Origin: Patescibacteria group bacterium
GTDB taxonomy: Bacteria > Patescibacteriota > Patescibacteriia > UBA2196
DNA length: 64,000 bases
NCBI GenBank assembly: GCA_028748975.1
Contig: JAQTPI010000001.1
Location: 354-64,353, forward strand
Reading direction: 5' to 3'
Part shown: positions 57,187 to 64,000 of the stretch, piece after piece
Numbering within the stretch: position 1 is the stretch's first letter
Layout: each line of letters starts with the position of its first letter
Program-made: the position numbers and the translations under genes
The notes under the pieces: model-generated
Databases searched by the model: none
Seen by the model: the letters and a program-made list of their open reading frames with translations, nothing else
What the model was told of the DNA's origin: nothing

Positions 57187-58275
57187 ATGGAAAACCAAAC
57201 TTCCTATGTACGTCCCAGTTGGGATGAATATTTTCTGCAGATGCTGCCGGTGGTGGCCAGCCGGGCTACCTGCGACCGTGGCCGCAGTGGTTGTGTGATT
57301 GTGCGTGAAAAACGCATCATTTGCACCGGCTATGTGGGCGCGCCGCCGGGCCAGGCGCATTGTGATGAAGCCGGGCATTTAATATGGAAAACCATTGATG
57401 AGAATGGCGTGGAAACGGAACATTGCGTGCGTACAATTCACGCCGAGGCCAACGCCATCTATCAGGCGGCGCGTTTTGGACTGCCTCTTAAAGACGCCAC
57501 ACTTTATTGCCACATGGAACCCTGCTATAACTGCGCCATGGCTATTATTTCAGCCGGCATCAAACGTGTGGTTTGCGATAAACGTTATCATAAAGCCGAA
57601 CGCACCAGAAAATATTTCAACGATGCGGGGATTGAATTAGTTGTTTTACACAATGAAATAGAGGATTATGGTCAGAAGCCATCCAATAATTCCCAATTAA
57701 AGACGGTTTTTTTAGTTGGAATGTGTGGCGCTGGCAAAAGCGAAATAGCCGATTTTTTTATCAAGCATGGTTATGGTTATTTTCGTTTTGGTCAGATTAC
57801 TTTAGACGAAGTAAAAAGGCGTGGTTTGGAGCCGAACGAAGCAAATGAAAAACCAATTAGAGAGGGTTTTAGAAAAAAGTATGGCATGGCCGCTTTTGCT
57901 ATTTTGAATATGCCCAGAATTGATCAATTTTTAAATGAAGGAAAAAATGTCTTGGGTGATGGACTTTACAGCTGGTCAGAATATAAAGTTTTAAAAGAAA
58001 AATATGGCGACCAAATGATTGTCATCGCGGTTTACGCGGCGCCGAAAACTCGCTATGAACGCTTGGTTAATCGAGCGGAAAAATATAAAGACGATCCGAA
58101 TTTGAAATACCGTTCCTTTTCTTCCGCCGAAGCCAAAGCGCGCGATTACGCCGAACTGGAAAACATCGAAAAAGGCGGTCCGATTGCCATGGCGGATTAT
58201 ACCATTGTTAATGATGGGGACATGGAAAATTTGAAAAAGCAGATTGAGGAAGTTTGGGAGAAAATAAACCAGTAA
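57187..58275 (+). CDS. dCMP/cytidine deaminase domain fused to a P-loop nucleotide kinase domain
   Basis: N-terminal half has 'HAEANAI' and 'PCYNCAMAI'. C-terminal half has Walker A 'GMCGAGKS' and a small kinase-like fold. Confidence 0.6.
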   Translation: MENQTSYVRPSWDEYFLQMLPVVASRATCDRGRSGCVIVREKRIICTGYVGAPPGQAHCDEAGHLIWKTIDENGVETEHCVRTIHAEANAIYQAARFGLPLKDATLYCHMEPCYNCAMAIISAGIKRVVCDKRYHKAERTRKYFNDAGIELVVLHNEIEDYGQKPSNNSQLKTVFLVGMCGAGKSEIADFFIKHGYGYFRFGQITLDEVKRRGLEPNEANEKPIREGFRKKYGMAAFAILNMPRIDQFLNEGKNVLGDGLYSWSEYKVLKEKYGDQMIVIAVYAAPKTRYERLVNRAEKYKDDPNLKYRSFSSAEAKARDYAELENIEKGGPIAMADYTIVNDGDMENLKKQIEEVWEKINQ

Positions 58276-58650
58276 AATAATATGTCATTCCCGCGCAGGC
58301 CTGCCCGACTGAATGACTTCAGTCGTTCGGGCGGGCGGGAATCTTGAAAATAAAAAAGACACGCATCGCATTCGTTATTGTGAACGGGCCAATAAAGTGA
58401 ATGTAACGCGCGTCCGACCGCTTATTTATTAGTCGCAGCGGGTTTGATGTTGATTGGCGACAGCATTTTTTTACGAGCGCTATCCTCGAAGGGTTGTTTT
58501 CTTTGACTTTCCCTCAAAGTCGCGTGGCGCAGAAACCGGATTATGCCCGTCCATAACTTATCCAGTGTTATCAGTTTATATTGTTTCCAAAAAATATGCA
58601 AATTAAAATCAAAAAACTAATAAATAAAAAATAAACAATCAGGAGGAATT

Positions 58651-59229
58651 ATGAAAAATCAAGGCAAATTAATTGCCATTGCCGGGTGCATGTTTTCGGG
58701 TAAAAATCGGTTGGCTCACAACCTAGTTCAAAATTTTAAAGAACAAGGCTTAACCAGTTGTTTTTTTAAAGCTTCTTGTGATCAGCGCGGCGGCAAAAAT
58801 ATTATCATTCGTGGCTTAGGTCAGGTTTCCGCCACCATCATTGATGATCGTAACCCCGAGCAGATTTTGTCTCATGCCCAAAATGAAGTAATAGTGATTG
58901 ATGAGGGCCAGTTTTTTAATCAGAAAATTATCGGGGTTTTGGAAGAATTAAGAAAAAGAGGGAAAATTGTCGTTGTGATTGGCTTGGATACGAATTTTAA
59001 GGGCGAGCCCTTTCATCCGATGCCGGAAATCATCGCCATTGCCGACGAAAGATTTTTTCCTCAAATGGCTCGGTGCGCGGTCTGTGGCCAGGTCGCCTCG
59101 CGCACCCAAAAACTTAATCTCGACGGCACGCCCGCCGGCCACAATTCCCCCCTGATTGATTCTGGCGGCGAACACTCTGGCGACCGTTATGAACCGCGCT
59201 GCCGCAGCTGTTATCAACCACCCCAATGA
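58651..59229 (+). CDS. tdk: thymidine kinase
   Basis: 'GCMFSGKN', 'VIVIDEGQFF' and zinc ribbon 'CAVCGQVASRTQK'. RBS 'aggagga'. Confidence 0.85.
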   Translation: MKNQGKLIAIAGCMFSGKNRLAHNLVQNFKEQGLTSCFFKASCDQRGGKNIIIRGLGQVSATIIDDRNPEQILSHAQNEVIVIDEGQFFNQKIIGVLEELRKRGKIVVVIGLDTNFKGEPFHPMPEIIAIADERFFPQMARCAVCGQVASRTQKLNLDGTPAGHNSPLIDSGGEHSGDRYEPRCRSCYQPPQ

Positions 59230-59344
59230 GCAAAATAAAGGATGGATCACATTCCATCCTTTTTAATTTGACCGCCATTTTTTATTTTGTTAAGATATGG
59301 TGGACAACTGAACGTTTACAACTAAAACCAAACAGGAGGAAGGC

Positions 59345-60016
59345 ATGGAAAGAGGTATTTTTGTCGCGTTTGAGGGCATTGATTTGTGTGGCAAAAGCAC
59401 GCAAAAAAAAATGTTGGCCGAGAGATTAAGAAAGACCGATTGTTTCGTCCATGAAACTCGAGAACCAGGTAGTCCCCTGATCGAATTAACTATAAAAATA
59501 AGGCAGCTGATTAAAGAATATAACATGGATTCCCGATGTGAACTGGCGCTTTTTTTTGCCGATCGCGCGCAACACACCCAGTTGGTTATGGAATTATTGC
59601 GACGAACGGGAACCATCACTTTAACTGACCGGCAATGGGCTTCATCAGTGGCGTATCAAATTTTTGGTCGCGGGCTTTTTGGGGAAGAAAGGACGTTGGA
59701 AGAAAGGCTTGCTGACTTTTTTGTCTTTAATGATTTCTTTTCTCATGGGATTTATCCCCACCTCAATATTTTAATTGACGTGCCGGTGGAAGTGGCTCAG
59801 GCGCGTGTCCGTGACCCCAAAGCTAGAACTCGATTTGATAATGAACAGATCAATTTTCATCAGCGAGTTAGAAATGGTTATTTACAACTCGCTCAAAAAA
59901 GCACGAAGGGCGATTGGCTGGTTTTTGACGGCACCAAAAAAGCGGAAAAATTACACGAAGACGTTTATCAAAAATTCGTGGAATGGTTGAAAAACAAAAA
60001 AGAAGAAAAGGAGTAG
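59345..60016 (+). CDS. tmk: thymidylate kinase
   Basis: 'FVAFEGIDLCGKSTQ' P-loop and a 'DRQWASSVAYQ' lid region. Confidence 0.85.
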   Translation: MERGIFVAFEGIDLCGKSTQKKMLAERLRKTDCFVHETREPGSPLIELTIKIRQLIKEYNMDSRCELALFFADRAQHTQLVMELLRRTGTITLTDRQWASSVAYQIFGRGLFGEERTLEERLADFFVFNDFFSHGIYPHLNILIDVPVEVAQARVRDPKARTRFDNEQINFHQRVRNGYLQLAQKSTKGDWLVFDGTKKAEKLHEDVYQKFVEWLKNKKEEKE

Positions 60017-60019
60017 ATA

Positions 60020-61714
60020 ATGAAACAAGAATTACTTGCTTGTGGGCGGAGTTTTGTCCAAACGCCGCTGGAAATGGATTGGACCAGAAATGAAAAACTA
60101 GTTCTGGAGAGATTTTTTACCAATCTGACGGGAAGAATTTTTTGCATCTACAACGTTCTGCCGGCCAACATGATTGGCGTCCTTTTTGCCATGTATTCTC
60201 GCATGAAAAATTCACGCGGACTCCGCGGCACTTTTGTTGACAGTTTCCTACCGCAAGTTCTGGCGGCTTTTGTCCCTGAGTGTCAGGAAAGATTTGGCGG
60301 CAACGCAGTTATTTTTTTGAAGGAAAACAAGATAAAATCTCTGGATGACTTTATTGACTGTTCGAAAGAAACCAGGCAAGCCCTCGGAATTTTTCTATTA
60401 GGTATGAACACCAATCCGGATTATCTGGAAAAACTGTGCAACGCCGAAAAAATGAGGAAATTTTTATCAGACTGGCTGGACAAATGGGGTCACAACTCCA
60501 TTGGCCGTCCGGTCATGTTTTATATTTGCTGTGAGGAGATCTCCATCCGCGCGGCCAAATCACTTGAATGGTCGCGGCCCGGCTCCGGTTACATTGAATT
60601 GAGCACCAGATATGTCCGCATGTCAGATAAAGGCGTTTATCCCATTTGGAACGAACTCGGTCTTTTTGGCATCTCACCAAGCGATGTGCAAGCGGTAATT
60701 AATGAAAGTTTTCAAAAATATCAAGAATTGCAAGGAGAAAATTTTGATGGTCCGTTTCCAAATTTTTTAAGGGAGAAATACGCGGCATTAATGAATGAAG
60801 AGCAATTGAAGCAGGGAGTTATTGGCGAGTCGTGTGATGTTTTGGGAAACTTGCTTCCTACCGCCACTTTAACTTCAGTTGGCATTGGTGTTTCCGGCGA
60901 AGGCATACCGGACATGCTCCGGCATTTGCTTTTGGATAATTCGCCTGAAAATGAAGCCATTTCCGAATCAATCATTCAAGAATTGGGGAAAGTTGGTGGC
61001 GGGCAGTTTGTGCGCCATTTGGAAATTTCTGAATGGCAAAAAGCTGATTGGGGATATCTTGATAATGAACCAGTCACGCCAGTCATGTTTGCGCCAGATG
61101 AAGATTATGTAGAAAACTTGCTGTGGTATATTATGGGAAAGAAGATTTGTTTTTCTGACATTATTGTATGGCCGGAACGTATTTGGCACATGGAAAGTTT
61201 ACAACGAGGCTCACACGATAAGTTATTCGCCGATTTTGAAGCCGTGGCCGTGCACTTTGTGAACCAGATGACTTTCCGTGGTTGGCGCGATTTGCATCGC
61301 ATGAGTTTTTGCACGCATCACCGCGGATATTTAACGCCTGAAATCGGTTTTTACCGCTATGACAAACCACATCCGCAATTATTGTGTGACACTTTTAATA
61401 ACATTCATATCAAAAACAAATCAATTTATAAATTGATGAAATCAAAAGCCGTCCCCGACGAATTGATTGAATATCCGTTGGCATTGGGAAATTTGATTCA
61501 GTTCACGCTTTCGGCCAATCTTCGCGAGTGTGAGTTCATGAATTGGCAAAGAACCAAGCCCGACGTTAATCACGAGGTCAGGCGCGTATTTCTTTCTTTT
61601 GAACAGAGGTTGAGAGAAAAATATTGGTGGTGGAAAAAAATCTCGCGTGCCGACATGACACCCGGTTATGTCTTTGCTCGAGGAGGTAGTAACATTCCTT
61701 TGGGCAAAATATGA
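60020..61714 (+). CDS. large ThyX-like (flavin-dependent thymidylate synthase) tandem-domain protein, divergent
   Basis: 'RPGSGYIELSTRYV' and 'THHRGYLTPEIGFYRY' resemble the ThyX 'RHRxxSxxxxSxRY' motif in two halves. Sits in the tdk-tmk context. The assignment is an inference. Confidence 0.35.
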   Translation: MKQELLACGRSFVQTPLEMDWTRNEKLVLERFFTNLTGRIFCIYNVLPANMIGVLFAMYSRMKNSRGLRGTFVDSFLPQVLAAFVPECQERFGGNAVIFLKENKIKSLDDFIDCSKETRQALGIFLLGMNTNPDYLEKLCNAEKMRKFLSDWLDKWGHNSIGRPVMFYICCEEISIRAAKSLEWSRPGSGYIELSTRYVRMSDKGVYPIWNELGLFGISPSDVQAVINESFQKYQELQGENFDGPFPNFLREKYAALMNEEQLKQGVIGESCDVLGNLLPTATLTSVGIGVSGEGIPDMLRHLLLDNSPENEAISESIIQELGKVGGGQFVRHLEISEWQKADWGYLDNEPVTPVMFAPDEDYVENLLWYIMGKKICFSDIIVWPERIWHMESLQRGSHDKLFADFEAVAVHFVNQMTFRGWRDLHRMSFCTHHRGYLTPEIGFYRYDKPHPQLLCDTFNNIHIKNKSIYKLMKSKAVPDELIEYPLALGNLIQFTLSANLRECEFMNWQRTKPDVNHEVRRVFLSFEQRLREKYWWWKKISRADMTPGYVFARGGSNIPLGKI

Positions 61715-61859
61715 CAAGTTCAATCCCCGCGAACATTCAGTTCGCGGGCTTTTTTTTATTTTTTAGGCGTGATAAAATTAAAGTATAAATAATTGTCATT
61801 CCGACTGAAGCGAAGGGATCCTTCGACTTCGTCCTCGCTTCGCTCGGACTTCGCTCAGG

Positions 61860-63428
61860 ATGACACAAACCAAATACAAACCAACAATCGGTCTGGAAAT
61901 TCACGTGGAATTGAAGACCAAGACCAAAATGTTTTGCTCCTGCCTAAACGAAACCTGGAAAATCGGGCAGGAAGAATTACCACCCAACATTAATGTTTGT
62001 CCGGTGTGTTTGGCGCACCCGGGAACCTTGCCTGTGCCAAACATAGAAGCAATTAAAGCCGTAATCAAAGCCGGCCTGGCCCTGAATTGCCAAATCGCGG
62101 AAAAATCAAAATTTGACCGCAAACAATATTTTTACCCTGACTTGCCCAAAGGTTATCAAATTTCCCAATATGACCAGCCGCTTTGCGAGCATGGGTCAAT
62201 TGAAATTAATGGCAAAAAAATTGGCATCACTAGAATTCATTTGGAAGAAGACACTGGCAAGCTTTCACACGTGAGTGACGGCACCTTGGTTGATTTTAAT
62301 CGCGCCGGCGTGCCGCTCATGGAACTCGTAACTGAACCGGATATTGAAAGCGGGGCGGAAGCCAAAGAATTTTGTCAGGAAATTCAGGCAATTTTCAGAG
62401 AGTTAAAAATTTCCGACGCGGATATGGAAAAAGGGCAGATGCGTTGTGAAGTTAATATCTCAATAAGCGACAAGGGACAAGAGACAAGAGACAAGAAAAA
62501 ATTGGGGACAAAGGTAGAAATAAAGAATCTCAATTCGTTTAGAACAGTGGAAAGAGCAATTGATTACGAAATTAAGCGTCAGACGGAAATTTTGGAAGCT
62601 GGTGAAAAAGTAGTTCAGGAAACGCGCGGTTTTGATGATGTCAAACAAAATACTTTTTCCCAGCGAATTAAAGAAGGTGCGGCTGATTATCGTTATTTTC
62701 CAGAGCCGGACATTCCGCCGATGGTCTTCCAACCCCCTTTAGGGGAGGTCGCGGAAACCTTGCCTAAAGGCAGTAAGAATTTTTTTATTGACATCGAAAA
62801 AATCAAGCAGGAATTGCCCGAAATGCCGCAGGCCAAAAGAAAAAGATTTGCGGATGAATATGGTTTTGCTTTGGCTGATGCCAAAATTATCACCGCCACG
62901 CCGAAGCTGGCGGACTACGCGGAACAAGTGATTTCCGAATTGCGCCAGTGGCTTTTGGATTCCGGCCAGTTTGAAGGTACCGAGGAAGAAATTTGGGCCG
63001 CCAATCGCGACAGAGCGGTAAAATTAGTAGCGGGCTGGCTCATTAATAAACTCGGCGGACTTTTAAACGCGCGCAAATTAACTTTAGCCGATAACACGAT
63101 TACGGCGGAAAATTTTGCCGAATTTATTACCATGATTTTCACGCGCAAAGTTTCTTCCACCAATGCCAATAAACTTTTGGAAAGAATGTTGGAAACCGGT
63201 GGTGATCCAAGTAATATCTTGGAAGATGAAGATTTGGGTGGGGGAGAGGATTTGGATTTGAATAAATTGATTGAAGAAATTATCAACAAAAACCCCGAGA
63301 CCGTGGCCCAGTTTAAAGCCGGCAAAACCGCGCTCTTAAAATTTTTCCTCGGTCAAGCGATGAAAGAATCCAAGGGCAAAGCCGATCCCGTGGAAGCAGA
63401 AAACTTACTACTTCAAAAATTAAGTTAA
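61860..63428 (+). CDS. gatB: aspartyl/glutamyl-tRNA amidotransferase subunit B
   Basis: 'KPTIGLEIHVELKTKTKMFCSC' and 'YQISQYDQPLCEHG'. The start codon lies inside the repeat end 'ctcaggATGACA'. In-frame repeats at 62463-62500 and 62725-62745. Confidence 0.9.
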   Translation: MTQTKYKPTIGLEIHVELKTKTKMFCSCLNETWKIGQEELPPNINVCPVCLAHPGTLPVPNIEAIKAVIKAGLALNCQIAEKSKFDRKQYFYPDLPKGYQISQYDQPLCEHGSIEINGKKIGITRIHLEEDTGKLSHVSDGTLVDFNRAGVPLMELVTEPDIESGAEAKEFCQEIQAIFRELKISDADMEKGQMRCEVNISISDKGQETRDKKKLGTKVEIKNLNSFRTVERAIDYEIKRQTEILEAGEKVVQETRGFDDVKQNTFSQRIKEGAADYRYFPEPDIPPMVFQPPLGEVAETLPKGSKNFFIDIEKIKQELPEMPQAKRKRFADEYGFALADAKIITATPKLADYAEQVISELRQWLLDSGQFEGTEEEIWAANRDRAVKLVAGWLINKLGGLLNARKLTLADNTITAENFAEFITMIFTRKVSSTNANKLLERMLETGGDPSNILEDEDLGGGEDLDLNKLIEEIINKNPETVAQFKAGKTALLKFFLGQAMKESKGKADPVEAENLLLQKLS

Positions 63429-63456
63429 ATTTATTAAAATTAAATTATTATGTTTT

Positions 63457-63496
63457 TTGTTCAACAAATACGTCGATCGACGTATTTGTTGAACAA
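63457..63496. promoter_or_regulatory. 40-bp perfect palindrome centred on CGATCG
   Basis: 'ttgttcaacaaatacgtcgaTCgacgtatttgttgaacaa' lies 10 bp upstream of the 63506 start. Confidence 0.5.
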
Positions 63497-63505
63497 ATTA
63501 TTTTA

Positions 63506-64000
63506 TGAAAAAAATAAAAGAAAAGATAACGGATTTACTTTTAGAAATCATGTATGAATCAAGAAGGGCGCTTACCACCCATTCTTTAGTGGAGCAGGCA
63601 TATTTTGATTTGATTCAAGAAAATAAAATAAAAAATAAAGAATGGAAAGAAAAAGCAAAACAGAAAAGGGAAATTCAAAAAATGATTTATTATTTAAGAA
63701 AAGCAAGTTATATAAAATTTGAGAAAGATAATAAAATCAAACTTTCATCTAAAGGCACAATCAAAAATATTATTTTTAGATCAAGAAGAATAAAGGCCAG
63801 AAAACGAGCCAAACATTACTACGTGGTAATTTTTGACATACCCGAAAGTATGAGAAGAATCAGGGATCTCTTTAGAAAGGTTTTGTATAATTTTGGTTCC
63901 GATAAATTACAAAAGAGCGTCTTTATGGTGGAAAGCGAAGAAGGGCACCAAATGATAAAAGAGTTGATAAAAGAAAGTAAAATGTTTAAATATGTTAGAA
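63506..64000 (+). CDS. HTH plus Cas2/VapD-like fold protein (3'-partial at window edge)
   Basis: 'HYYVVIFDIPESMRRIRDLFRKVLYNFGSDKLQKSVFM' follows the Cas2-like beta-alpha-beta pattern (YDI...R.R...L...G.R.Q.SVF). It is preceded by an ~80-aa helical, possibly HTH-like, region. No stop before the window end. Confidence 0.4.

Noticed and set aside
58350-58600. Confident RNase P RNA call
   Set aside because: Only short partial matches to conserved regions were seen, and they lie on opposite strands. It is left as a candidate needing a covariance-model search.

Overview
Window from a low-GC, gene-dense bacterial genome with a strong Patescibacteria/CPR flavour: many tRNA-synthetases and compact operons, a conserved secE-nusG-rplK-rplA block, and AG-rich Shine-Dalgarno sites. 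Nothing was computed beyond reading the sequence and the supplied ORF track; family assignments rest on recognised protein motifs and no database search was possible.

Recognisable core genes: aspS, ileS, recO, tgt, glyQS-type glyRS, metG, tatD, rmuC, pheS, pheT (separated from pheS by about 4 kb), gyrB, secE, nusG, rplK, rplA, gatB, scpA, scpB, rsmI, mraY, two dCMP deaminases, tdk and tmk, and a UvrD-type helicase fused to a Cas4-like nuclease. Also present: an AI-2E transporter, M16 and M14 peptidases, a GxxExxY protein, an NYN-domain protein, and several large secreted or surface proteins (PQQ beta-propeller with a peptidoglycan-binding domain, a tail-fibre-like NxAxG repeat protein, and an FG-GAP protein with a C-terminal L,D-transpeptidase).

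The most striking property is an extraordinary load of short palindromic and tandem-repeat elements.
(i) Dozens of 30-180 bp intergenic stem-loop modules occur ('gtcattccg...cggaatgac', 'cccctcctttcgaaggagggg', 'gacgaccctctccttgtaaaggagagggggacga'). Some donate ribosome-binding sites or even start codons to the adjacent genes.
(ii) A ~176-bp MITE-like element with three consecutive hairpins and terminal inverted repeats is present in three near-identical copies, each directly after a stop codon.
(iii) Many repeats sit inside conserved housekeeping genes as in-frame peptide insertions (ileS, tgt, rsmI, tatD, pheS, pheT, gyrB, gatB, the helicase, a PLP enzyme, an ATP-grasp enzyme). This is analogous to Rickettsia palindromic elements.
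(iv) Repeat-associated partial gene duplications occur at the 3' end of rmuC and the 5' end of the helicase gene.
(v) A family of long perfect palindromes centred on CGATCG appears three times.

Candidate novel loci: a thymidylate island (dCMP-deaminase/P-loop-kinase fusion, tdk, tmk, and a 564-aa ThyX-like tandem protein with degenerate RHR motifs); a small island (LysW-like zinc ribbon, PLP enzyme, ATP-grasp ligase) bracketed by inverted MITE-like copies; an operon of five small ORFs with two paralogues after scpAB; and a GxxExxY gene whose start and stop codons are embedded in inverted repeats.
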